Origin: an uncultured Haloferula sp.
GTDB taxonomy: Bacteria > Verrucomicrobiota > Verrucomicrobiia > Verrucomicrobiales > Akkermansiaceae
NCBI GenBank assembly: GCA_965652295.1
Contig: CBFGTS010000003.1
Coordinates: 224,001 to 288,000 of the forward strand
Direction of reading: 5' to 3'
Length of the DNA stretch: 64,000 bases
Part shown: piece after piece, positions 1-8,625 of the stretch
Numbering within the stretch: position 1 is the stretch's first letter
Layout of the letters: each line of letters starts with the position of its first letter
Position numbers and translations under genes: made by a program
The notes under the pieces: generated by a model
The model's database searches: none
What the model saw: the letters and a program-made list of their open reading frames with translations, nothing else
Told to the model about the DNA's origin: nothing

Positions 1-242
1 CGCAGGCGATCCGCGCGGCGGTGGTGGAGGCCGGCTGCCGACGTGTGCGGCCCTGTCTGATGACCACCGCGACCACCCTTCTGGCCCTGCTGCCCGTGCT
101 CACCTCCACCGGCCGCGGGTCCGATCTCATGGCCCCCATGGCCGTGCCGATCTTCGGCGGGATGCTGATCGAGCTGATGACCATGTTCGTGGTCCCTGTT
201 CTGTTTTCGATGAATCAAGAACGGCAGCACGGAACTCCATGA
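1..242 (+). CDS. cusA: C-terminal fragment of CusA/CzcA-family heavy-metal RND efflux permease (5' truncated by window)
   Basis: RVRPCLMTTATTLLALLPV...GSDLMAPMAVPIFGGM matches the last two TM helices of HME-RND pumps. Confidence 0.8.
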   Translation, partial: QAIRAAVVEAGCRRVRPCLMTTATTLLALLPVLTSTGRGSDLMAPMAVPIFGGMLIELMTMFVVPVLFSMNQERQHGTP

Positions 243-398
243 CGGCGGAACGGTCACACCGCACCGTGCATTGCATCCGTCCAGAACGGGGCCGCATTCT
301 GCATCGCACCATCCGCGATGTATCCCGCTCGATGCTTGATTCCCCCTGCCTATAGCGTCGGCACATGACATGCGGCAGGGAACCCAACAAACCATCAG

Positions 399-1151
399 AT
401 GAAGAAGCCCGCGAAAATCTACCGCATGGTCACCCCGGACCACCTGTGTCCATGGGGGGTGAAATCGCTCGATCTGTTGAAGCGGCACGGCTATGCCCCC
501 GAGGATCATCATCTGGAGAGCAAGGAAGCCAACAAGGCCTACAAGGAAGAGCATGGCTTCGAGGAGACCCCGCAGATCTGGATCGAGGGCGAACACATTG
601 GGGGCTATGACCAGCTGAGGGGGTTTCTGAACCTCGATCCGGACCCGAAGGAAGGCAAAACCTACCAGCCCGTCGTCGCGGTTTTCGTCGTGGCCTTGCT
701 GATGGCGATGACCACCTGCTGGGCGATCCGGGGCGAACTCGCCCTCGTCCGCATCCTTGAGCTTTTCATCGCCTTCAGCATGTGTGTCCTCGGCATCCTC
801 AAACTCCAGGACCTGCGGTCGTTCGCCACCGGCTTCGTCCAATACGATCTGGTCGCCCGCCACTACGTCCCCTATGCCTACCTCTACGCGTTCGTGGAAG
901 CGGGTGGCGGCATCCTGATGATCGCAGGTCTTTTCACCTGGGTCGTCGCACCTGCCGTGCTCATTGCCAGCACGATTGGAGCCGTCTCCATCATCAAGGC
1001 GGTCTACGTCGAGCACCGCGACCTCAACTGCGCCTGCGTCGGGGGAGGTAGCAGCGTTCCCCTGGGCTTCGTTTCGCTGAGCGAAAACCTCCTCATGATT
1101 GCCATGGCCGTGTGGATGCTCATCAAGCGCGGCGTCCTCGGCGGAATTTGA
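399..1151 (+). CDS. Glutaredoxin-MauE/DoxX family membrane protein
   Basis: N-terminal CPWG and TPQIWIEGEHIGGYD glutaredoxin motifs; TM domain with LNCACVGG and SLSEN. Confidence 0.85.
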   Translation: MKKPAKIYRMVTPDHLCPWGVKSLDLLKRHGYAPEDHHLESKEANKAYKEEHGFEETPQIWIEGEHIGGYDQLRGFLNLDPDPKEGKTYQPVVAVFVVALLMAMTTCWAIRGELALVRILELFIAFSMCVLGILKLQDLRSFATGFVQYDLVARHYVPYAYLYAFVEAGGGILMIAGLFTWVVAPAVLIASTIGAVSIIKAVYVEHRDLNCACVGGGSSVPLGFVSLSENLLMIAMAVWMLIKRGVLGGI

Positions 1152-1157
1152 AAAGAG

Positions 1158-1216
1158 GGGGGGTGACTCCGGCCCGGGTCCCGCAGGGGGAGGCGCGACC
1201 GAACCGGAGTCTCTCC
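1158..1216 (+). terminator. GC-rich stem-loop after the MauE gene (terminator or RNA-stability hairpin)
   Basis: GACTCCGG pairs with CCGGAGTC around an inner GGTC-CGC/GCG-GACC stem; no U-tract. Confidence 0.35.
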
Positions 1217-1602
1217 GGGGAGAAGCCAACGGGCGATCGGGGGGAATCTTCCGCCAGCCAATGCCATCATCGCTGAAACGACGCCTTCCACCATTCCGGG
1301 ATCGCGCACCCGCAGACAGGGAGGGAGCCGAGGCAGATTCGGGATCGCTTCCCCTCCCCTCCACCCCACGCGATCACGGAAGTTCCAATCTACCACAATG
1401 ATGTATCTCTAACCACGGACAGGGGAGCACCTCTCCTGACTAACAGAGACCGACCAGGCGTCTGAGCGACGTTTCGAGATCTGGGGGGATTTAGAAACTT
1501 GCGAGCTTTGGTTGATGCACTGAGGGGCGCGGTGAGCTGGGGGCTCGCCACGCCCCTTCTGCTTTCTGCTTCGCCCCGAGGATGATCGAGCCAAGGAAAT
1601 CC

Positions 1603-1959
1603 AACCGCAGATGAACGCGGATGGACGCAGATTTCAGAGAGCCGCCACCGGCCGCCGAGAGAAAAGGATGACCTCCAGGCCGATCAGGACGAATTCCGAT
1701 CCAGAGCTCGGCCATTGGGGCGCGAGCCGGGCCCTGCTTGGAACCAAAGGGTTCTCGGGACCAGGATGGATGGGATGAATAGGATAAAAATGGAGGGGAG
1801 TCGCATCCGGCAGCCTCAAAATATCCCATCCATCCTATCCATCCTGGTCCACCAACAGCCAGTGGTCCTCGTTTTCTCCCTACCGTAGGAGCCCTGAATC
1901 CCGATCTCCTCCGATTCAATTGACCCCACCTCCCTCTGCATCTGCGTTCATCCGCGGTT
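1603..1959. repeat. Nested inverted repeats built from ~9-10-nt periodic units
   Basis: Outer AACCGCAGATGAACGCGGATGGACGCAGAT (1603-1632) vs TCTGCATCTGCGTTCATCCGCGGTT (1935-1959); inner GGACCAGGATGGATGGGATGAATAGGATA (1758-1786) vs 1822-1850 (26/29 match). Confidence 0.85.
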
Positions 1960-2013
1960 CATTCCCTGCTCGCTCGCTCCCTGGCTTGAGTGCCCCGGTA
2001 TCGCCCCGCGCTT

Positions 2014-3381
2014 TCAGAACTCGCAATGGCCCGGGGTGCGGACAAAGGGAACGACATCGCGGATGTTCTGCATGCCGGTGACGAACATCAGCAGCCGCTC
2101 GAAACCCATGCCGAAGCCGGCGTGCGGGATGCTGCCGTACTTCCGGGTATCGACGTACCAACCGTAATCTTCCGTGGAAAGCCCGTGCCGCTCCATGTTT
2201 GCCAGCAGCACATCGAGCCGCTCCTCGCGCTGGCTGCCGCCGACGATTTCACCGATCCCGGGGACGAGCAGATCCATGGCGGTCACGGTCTTTTCGTCGT
2301 CGTTGAGCCGCATGTAGAACGGTTTGATCTCCTTCGGGTAGTTGAAGACCGTGACGGGGCGTTTGAAATGCTCCTCGGTGAGCCAACGCTCGTGCTCGCT
2401 CTGGAGGTTGTGGCCGTATTCGACCGGATACTCGAAGCTCTTCCCCGACTTCTGCAACACCTCGACGGCATCGGTGTAGGAGATCCGCTGGAACGGGTTC
2501 GACACCACGAACTCAAGGCGCTCGCGTAGGCACTTATCGACGAATTTCTCGAAGATCGCGAGGTCGCCGTCCTGCTTTTCCAATGCCTCGACGACGAGGT
2601 ATTTCACCATCTCCTCGGCCAGGTCCATGTCGCCCTCCAGATCGCAGAAAGCCATCTCCGGCTCGATCATCCAGAACTCCGCCGCGTGACGCGAAGTGTT
2701 CGAGTTTTCCGCCCGGAAGGTGGGACCGAAGGTGTAGATGCGCCCCAGGGCGCAGGCGAAAGCCTCGCCCTCAAGCTGGCCGGAGACAGTGAGGTGCGCG
2801 GCTTTCTCGAAGAAGTCGTCTTCGAATTTCTGCTTCGCCCCGGAGGTCGGGTCGAGCGTCGTTACCCGGAACATCTCCCCCGCCCCTTCGCAGTCGCTGG
2901 CGGTGATGATCGGCGTGTGGATGTGATGAAACGCCCGTTCCTCGAAAAAGCGATGCACGGCGTGGCTCATCCGGCTGCGGATACGGAACATGGCACCATA
3001 GAGGTTGGTGCGCGGCCGGAGGTGGGCGATGGAGCGGAGAAATTCGGGCGAGTGACCCTTTTTCTGCAGCGGATAGTCCTCCGGGGCTTCGCCGAGCAGA
3101 CGGATCGAGGAAGCGTGCAGCTCCCACGCCTGCCCCCCGCCCTGGGAGGAAACCAACCGGCCCGCGAGCTGGACGGACGAACCGGTGGTCATCTTCGGCA
3201 GGTCGACGGAGCCGGGCACGCCATGATCCACCACGACCTGCAGGGACCCCAGACAAGAGCCATCGTTGATTTCCAGAAACGAGAAGGTCTTCGAATCCCG
3301 CCGGGTGCGAACCCAGCCCGCGGCGATGATGTCGGCGGCGGGCGCGGTGGCGGAAATCAAATCGCGGATGAGCGAGCGCAT
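2014..3381 (-). CDS. asnS: Asparagine--tRNA ligase
   Basis: [12 protein letters not shown] fold, [46 protein letters not shown]. Confidence 0.97.
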   Translation of the reverse strand: MRSLIRDLISATAPAADIIAAGWVRTRRDSKTFSFLEINDGSCLGSLQVVVDHGVPGSVDLPKMTTGSSVQLAGRLVSSQGGGQAWELHASSIRLLGEAPEDYPLQKKGHSPEFLRSIAHLRPRTNLYGAMFRIRSRMSHAVHRFFEERAFHHIHTPIITASDCEGAGEMFRVTTLDPTSGAKQKFEDDFFEKAAHLTVSGQLEGEAFACALGRIYTFGPTFRAENSNTSRHAAEFWMIEPEMAFCDLEGDMDLAEEMVKYLVVEALEKQDGDLAIFEKFVDKCLRERLEFVVSNPFQRISYTDAVEVLQKSGKSFEYPVEYGHNLQSEHERWLTEEHFKRPVTVFNYPKEIKPFYMRLNDDEKTVTAMDLLVPGIGEIVGGSQREERLDVLLANMERHGLSTEDYGWYVDTRKYGSIPHAGFGMGFERLLMFVTGMQNIRDVVPFVRTPGHCEF

Positions 3382-3420
3382 GCCTTCTCCCTAGCAAGGA
3401 CTCACCCGACGGCAAGTTCC

Positions 3421-4521
3421 CTACCTCACCGAGCCCAGGTATTCCTGCGGTTTCCCGGGGTTGCCGATCAGTCGCGGGCGATCCTCCCAGCCCTCCTGAT
3501 CACCCCAAATCCGCCGCCACAGCCGCGCCATCATGGCTTTCGTGTCGCGTTCCCGTTTGCCGGTCTGTTTCATCGGATCGCCCTTGGTCTCCTTGCGCAG
3601 GTCCCAGGCGAAGACCGGCCGCAGCTCCAGGCCGCGGTCATCCCACTCCCGGTATTCACCGAAGCGCAGGTCCACCATCCAGATCCCCGCGGCCCGGTCG
3701 CGAGCAAGGCACCAGTCCTTGGAAAACCAGCGCACCGTCCGCACTTCCGGCCGGTCCGACCAGGCATCCAGCGCCGCTTCGCCTTTCGGGAAAATCGTCC
3801 ACTGCACCGGCTTGTCACCATCGAAGAGCGAGCGGTAGCCGACCCAGAATTCGTCGTCGCGCTCGATCACGATCCGCCACAGCAGGATCGAGAACGGTGC
3901 CGGTGCCTCCATTTTCCGGTCCCACGAAATCCCGCGCCGACCGAGATCGGCGATCGCCGTCCGCGAGACGGACGACTTCGCCCAGAAGCTCAACCCGACA
4001 TACGCACAACTGATCGCCACACACACCGCCGTCATGCGCAGACCCTCGCCCTTCTTCCAGCGCTTCGCTTCGATGAACAACCCCCACACCACCGCCACCA
4101 GCAGCGGCAAGGTGAAGACGGGATCGATGATGAACAGATTGTCGAACGACACCGGATGCATCGAAAACGGCCAGAAAACCTGCGTGCCATAAACCGTGAA
4201 GCAGTCGATCAGCACGTGGGTCGCCAGTGCCAGGAAGACGAACCACCCGGCGCGCGCCGGCGTCACTTTCAGCTTCTTCCAGCGCTTCGCCAGCGGCTTG
4301 GCGAGCAGCCACGAGGCCGCCACCATCAGCAGCAGCGAGTGGGAAAATCCCCGGTGAATGCGCAGATCCCAGATCGTGTCGAGGAATGGGAGCAGCACGG
4401 CATCGAGATCCGGAAGCGTCCCGAAAAGCGCGCCCCACCCGATCGCCGGGCGGCCGAGCTGCTTCCCGAGCACCAAGGCTCCGACCGTGGCCCCGAGAGC
4501 CGCCTGGGTAATGGAATCCAC
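3421..4521 (-). CDS. Membrane-bound metal-dependent hydrolase (YdjM/YfhP-like)
   Basis: GTG start gives MDSITQAALG; LPDLD, HRGFSHS, HVLIDCFTVYGT motifs. Confidence 0.85.
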   Translation of the reverse strand: MDSITQAALGATVGALVLGKQLGRPAIGWGALFGTLPDLDAVLLPFLDTIWDLRIHRGFSHSLLLMVAASWLLAKPLAKRWKKLKVTPARAGWFVFLALATHVLIDCFTVYGTQVFWPFSMHPVSFDNLFIIDPVFTLPLLVAVVWGLFIEAKRWKKGEGLRMTAVCVAISCAYVGLSFWAKSSVSRTAIADLGRRGISWDRKMEAPAPFSILLWRIVIERDDEFWVGYRSLFDGDKPVQWTIFPKGEAALDAWSDRPEVRTVRWFSKDWCLARDRAAGIWMVDLRFGEYREWDDRGLELRPVFAWDLRKETKGDPMKQTGKRERDTKAMMARLWRRIWGDQEGWEDRPRLIGNPGKPQEYLGSVR

Positions 4522-4800
4522 GGCGACGAATCTGGGCACCCCAGCAGCCAGGCCAAGGTGAAAAGCGGGATGAGAGGTTTCCCACCTCCGTGGCCTCCGT
4601 TCTCCTCAGTTCCTCCGTGCCCGGAAGAATGCCTGTCCGACCGAAAACCACCTCGAACAAGCCTCCCCTCGCCACTTTTTCCCTTTTCCTCATCACTCGC
4701 CACTCCTGCCGGGCGCCCGCCCAACCTTTCCCGGGCTTGATCGCCCTGCGGAGAAACCCCCGGCTTGAAACTTCAAACCGGAAACTTGAAGCTCCCCTCC

Positions 4801-5292
4801 ATGCGCACCGCGGTCTACGCCGGTTCCTTCGATCCCCCCACCACCGGTCACCTGTGGATGATCGAACGCGGCCTCGAACTCTTCGACCGTCTCATCGTGG
4901 CCATCGGTGACAATCCGTCGAAGTCCTACACCTTCTCCATCGACGAGCGCCTGCGCCTGCTCGAAGCCTCCATCCCCAGCTGCGAGCGCCTCACCATCGC
5001 CCATTTCCACAACCGCTACCTCGTCGATTACGCCCGGGAAATGGGTGCCAGCTTCATCCTCCGCGGCATCCGTTCGCCCGACGACTACGAGTACGAGCGC
5101 GTCATGCGCCACATCAACTCCGACCTCGCGCCGCGCATCACCACCACCTTCCTGATGCCGCCGCGCGACATCGCCGAGGTCTCCTCCAGCATGATCAAGG
5201 GGCTCATCGGTCCCGACGGCTGGCAGGAAACCGTCCGCCGCTACGTCCCCGCCGCCGTCTTCGACGCTCTGGAGGCAAGGCTGCCGGAGTGA
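4801..5292 (+). CDS. coaD: Pantetheine-phosphate adenylyltransferase
   Basis: [32 protein letters not shown]. Confidence 0.95.
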   Translation: MRTAVYAGSFDPPTTGHLWMIERGLELFDRLIVAIGDNPSKSYTFSIDERLRLLEASIPSCERLTIAHFHNRYLVDYAREMGASFILRGIRSPDDYEYERVMRHINSDLAPRITTTFLMPPRDIAEVSSSMIKGLIGPDGWQETVRRYVPAAVFDALEARLPE

Positions 5293-5300
5293 GGGAACCC

Positions 5301-5348
5301 GTGGCTGCGGGGTCCCGCCGCAGGCCGTGGCGGAAGCGTCCCGCTTCC
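5301..5348 (+). repeat. Two tandem GTGG-hairpin REP-like elements
   Basis: GTGG-CTGCGG-GGTCCCG-CCGCAG and GTGG-C-GGAAGCG-TCC-CGCTTCC right after the coaD stop. Confidence 0.6.
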
Positions 5349-5505
5349 CCGCTTTCACGCGCACTTGGCCGCCTTCCAGGATCTCTCGTCCTCAATCCCC
5401 CCGATCCCGTCCATCCTGATCCCGCGTCCTTCGGGGCCGTCTTCCGCTCCCCGCCGAAGAGTTTCTGAAACGCCTGCCAGCGACTGACACTATCTCGCTT
5501 TGTTC

Positions 5506-5525
5506 ATTTCGCGAAATAGCGAAAT
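5506..5525. promoter_or_regulatory. Putative ArsR/SmtB operator
   Basis: Perfect ATTTCGC-N6-GCGAAAT inverted repeat ending 10 nt before the arsR ATG. Confidence 0.75.
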
Positions 5526-5534
5526 ACTACACCC

Positions 5535-5831
5535 ATGACCGTCACCCGCACCCCCGCCGCGGAAGTCTTCAAGGCTCTCGGCCACCCCGCCCGGATCGAT
5601 ATGGTGCGTCACCTGATCCCCGGCGAGCGCTGCGTGTGCGAGCTGGTCGAAGTGGCCGGCTTGGGCTGGTCCACGGTTTCCCGCCACCTCGGGGTGCTGC
5701 GCGCCGCCGGTGTGGTCAGCGATGAAAAGCGGGGCCAACAGGTTTTCTACCGCCTCGCCCTGCCCTGTGTGGCCGGCTTTCTCACCTGCCTGGAGAACTC
5801 CGAGACCCCCTCTTGCAGCGGGAACCCCTGA
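5535..5831 (+). CDS. arsR: ArsR/SmtB metalloregulator
   Basis: FKALGHPAR, ERCVCEL As(III) box, TVSRHL, C-terminal Cys residues. Confidence 0.92.
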   Translation: MTVTRTPAAEVFKALGHPARIDMVRHLIPGERCVCELVEVAGLGWSTVSRHLGVLRAAGVVSDEKRGQQVFYRLALPCVAGFLTCLENSETPSCSGNP

Positions 5832-5832
5832 A

Positions 5833-7116
5833 ATGAAGGAGGAATGGAAACGCTTTGCCTGGCTGGCACTCGCCTTCGCAGGCCTCTACTTCCTCCCCAT
5901 CGGGCATGACCGGTTCGATGCCGCGCTGTTCGAGGGGCTTGAACTGGCGAAATGGTACGCCCGCGAGCACGTGATCCTCTGCCTGCTGCCCGCGTTCTGG
6001 ATCGCCGGAGCCATCGCGGCGTTCTTTTCCCAAGCCTCGGTGATGAAATACCTCGGCCCGGACGCACCCAAGGCCGCCTCGTACGGCGTCGCCTCGGTCT
6101 CCGGCACCATCCTCGCCGTCTGCTCGTGCACCGTGCTGCCCCTGTTCGCCGGCATCTACCGCATGGGTGCCGGACTCGGACCGGCAACGGCTTTCCTCTA
6201 CTCCGGACCGGCGATCAACGCCCTCGCCATCATCCTCACCGCCCGCGTCCTCGGCTGGGAGATCGGGCTCGCCCGGGCGATCGGCGCGGTCGTCTTCGCG
6301 TTGGCGATCGGCGTCGCGATGGCCTCGATCTTCCGGCGCGATGAGCAGGAGCAGGGACGCAAGGCAGCGGCCCTGCCGGCGGCGGACGACGAAGGCCAGT
6401 CCGGCAAACGCACCGCCGCGTTCTTCGCCGTGCTGGTGGGCATTCTCGTCTTCGCCAACTGGGGCGAGGGCGACGGAGCGTTTGGCGCAATCCACTCGGT
6501 GAAATGGCCCCTGACTGCGGCCTTGGGGGCGGTGCTCGCCGTCATGCTGCGGGCCTGGCATCAGCTGCCCGTCTGGAAGATCCTGATCGTGGTGGCGTTC
6601 ACCGCAACGGCTGCCCTGGCCTGGAGTCCGGCGGCGGCGGTGCTGGTTGCCTCCCTCGGACTCGCTTGGATCACGGCCGGGCGCAAGGACGCCAGCGGCC
6701 AGTGGTTTGCCGAAAGCTGGGCGAACGCGAAACTGATCCTGCCTCTGCTGCTGGCCGGGGTCTTCGTCGCCGGAATCCTGCTGGGACGTCCCGGTCACGA
6801 GGGACTGATCCCCGGAGAATGGATCACCCGCCTGGTGGGCGGAAACTCCTTCGGTGCCAATCTCTTCGCCTCCGTCGCGGGAGCCTTCATGTATTTCGCC
6901 ACCCTCACCGAGGTGCCGATCCTCCAAGGCCTGATCGGCAACGGCATGGGCCGGGGCCCGGCGCTCGCCCTGCTGCTGGCCGGCCCGGCGCTCAGTCTGC
7001 CGAGCATGCTCGTCATCGCCTCCGTGATCGGCCCGCGCAAGACCGCCACCTACGTGGTCCTGGTGGTCACCGGTGCCACCTTCACCGGCTGGATCTTCGG
7101 CATGATCGCCGGATGA
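5833..7116 (+). CDS. arsP: ArsP-family (DUF318) organoarsenical permease
   Basis: LAVCSCTVLPLF, AFLYSGPAIN, MYFATLTEVPI, LLAGPALSLP; ATG 2 nt after the arsR stop. Confidence 0.88.
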   Translation: MKEEWKRFAWLALAFAGLYFLPIGHDRFDAALFEGLELAKWYAREHVILCLLPAFWIAGAIAAFFSQASVMKYLGPDAPKAASYGVASVSGTILAVCSCTVLPLFAGIYRMGAGLGPATAFLYSGPAINALAIILTARVLGWEIGLARAIGAVVFALAIGVAMASIFRRDEQEQGRKAAALPAADDEGQSGKRTAAFFAVLVGILVFANWGEGDGAFGAIHSVKWPLTAALGAVLAVMLRAWHQLPVWKILIVVAFTATAALAWSPAAAVLVASLGLAWITAGRKDASGQWFAESWANAKLILPLLLAGVFVAGILLGRPGHEGLIPGEWITRLVGGNSFGANLFASVAGAFMYFATLTEVPILQGLIGNGMGRGPALALLLAGPALSLPSMLVIASVIGPRKTATYVVLVVTGATFTGWIFGMIAG

Positions 7117-7145
7117 CCCGTGTTTTCCCCACCCGACCCGAACCT

Positions 7146-7394
7146 ATGAAGAAACTGCAAATCCTCGGAACCGGCTGCGCCAAGTGCAACCAGCTCACCG
7201 ATGCCACCCGCCAAGCCGCTGACGCCTGTGGCATTGATTACGAAATCGAGAAAATCACCGATTTCCTCCGTTTCGCCGACTTCGGCGTGATGATCACCCC
7301 GGCGCTGATCGTCGACGGTCAGGTGAAGGTTTCCGGCAAGGTGCCTTCCATGGAAGAACTCCGATCCATGATCGGGGAAAACGCTTCGTCATGA
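7146..7394 (+). CDS. Small redox-active disulfide (thioredoxin-like) protein
   Basis: MKKLQILGTGCAKC...GVMITPALIVDG...GKVPS; 3' end of the 6504..7394 ORF. Confidence 0.9.
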   Translation: MKKLQILGTGCAKCNQLTDATRQAADACGIDYEIEKITDFLRFADFGVMITPALIVDGQVKVSGKVPSMEELRSMIGENASS

Positions 7395-7846
7395 AATCCA
7401 AGCTCGTCATCCGGCTTGTCCTACTGGGGCTGGTGGCCATCGGCATCGGCCGCTGGGCATGGACGGAATTCGGTCCCTCCACGCCCGTCCGCGCGGCAAT
7501 CGTGCGACCCGACGGCGTCACCGTGATCTCGCTCCACGGCGACAAACGCTGCCGAACCTGTCTCCGCATCAGCGAACTCGCCGAGGACGAGATCCGCCAA
7601 CGATTCGCGACCGAGATCCGGGAGGGCCGCCTGTATTGGGAGAGCGTCAACTATCAGACTCCCGGGAACGAGGACCTCGTCCCCCACTATGAAATCGTCA
7701 GCTCGACCCTGGTCGTGAGCCGCTGGCAGAACGGCGAGGAAACGGGGTGGCAACGCCTCGATGAGGTCTGGGACCTCGTCGGCGACGAAGCAAGCTACCG
7801 GGACTTCATCGCCGCCCGGGTCGCCACCGCCCTGGATCCTCCATGA
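7391..7846 (+). CDS. arsF: ArsF-like exported thioredoxin-fold protein
   Basis: N-terminal TM helix, HGDKRCRTC, LDEVWDLVGD; ATGA overlap coupling within the ars operon. Confidence 0.7.
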   Translation: MKSKLVIRLVLLGLVAIGIGRWAWTEFGPSTPVRAAIVRPDGVTVISLHGDKRCRTCLRISELAEDEIRQRFATEIREGRLYWESVNYQTPGNEDLVPHYEIVSSTLVVSRWQNGEETGWQRLDEVWDLVGDEASYRDFIAARVATALDPP

Positions 7847-8535
7847 CGCCGGAAGCCTCCATCTGGATCGCGGGCGGGGCGGCGCTGTGGCTGGGCCTGC
7901 TCACCGCTGTGAGCCCCTGCCCGATGGCCACCAACGTCGCCGCCATCAGCTACATGGTGCGCGACAGCCGTTCGCCGCTCCGCACCCTTGCCGCCGGCGG
8001 GCTTTACTCGCTGGGACGCATGGCGGCCTACACCGCCGTGGGGGCGCTCATCGGCGGCGGGCTGCTCTCGGCTCCCGCCCTCGCCTCGCTGCTGCAGCGC
8101 CACCTCGGCCAGCTCATGGGCCCGCTGCTGATCCTCACCGGTATGGTGCTCCTCGGACTCTTCCCCGGCCTCCCGGCGATCGGGATGCGGGATGGCCCGC
8201 TCGCCCGTCGCCTCGCCCGCGCCGGGCGGCTCGGTGCCGCCCCTCTGGGTTTCCTTTTCGCCCTCGCCTTCTGCCCGGTCTCCGCCGCGCTCTTCTTCGG
8301 CAGCCTCCTGCCCCTCGCCCTCCGGCACCAATCCCTCTGGGTCCTGCCCGGCGCCTTCGGCCTCGGCTCCGCCGCCCCGGTGGTGCTCTTCGTGTTCCTT
8401 CTGGCCTTCGCCCGCCAAGCCGCGGCGACGAGTCTCGAACGCCTCAAGACGGTCGACCGCTGGCTCCTTCCGCTCACCGGCTGGGTGCTCGTCGCCATCG
8501 GTGCCGGCATGACCCTCCTCCACCTCGGGAAATGA
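7843..8535 (+). CDS. arsG: ArsG-like / DsbD-CcdA family membrane protein
   Basis: LTAVSPCPMATNVAAISY and FALAFCPVSAALFFG Cys-Pro motifs, multiple TM helices. Confidence 0.8.
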   Translation: MTPEASIWIAGGAALWLGLLTAVSPCPMATNVAAISYMVRDSRSPLRTLAAGGLYSLGRMAAYTAVGALIGGGLLSAPALASLLQRHLGQLMGPLLILTGMVLLGLFPGLPAIGMRDGPLARRLARAGRLGAAPLGFLFALAFCPVSAALFFGSLLPLALRHQSLWVLPGAFGLGSAAPVVLFVFLLAFARQAAATSLERLKTVDRWLLPLTGWVLVAIGAGMTLLHLGK

Positions 8536-8625
8536 GCGGAACCCGGAGGTGACACGCTCACTTCACCCCCCAAGGGCCTTTTTTCTCGCCCGTGAGGGCG
8601 GTTTGTGACGGGTTCGTCGCAATCC

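Noticed and set aside
1401..1560. Possible att site or island end after the metal-resistance genes
   Set aside because: No tRNA, integrase or matching direct repeat in the window; only a hairpin at ~1523-1557.
2686..4740. 684-aa plus-strand ORF
   Set aside because: Antisense to asnS and the hydrolase; low-information Arg/Pro-rich translation.
7146..8535. Selenocysteine recoding in ars thiol proteins
   Set aside because: All redox motifs use Cys codons; no in-frame TGA at these sites.
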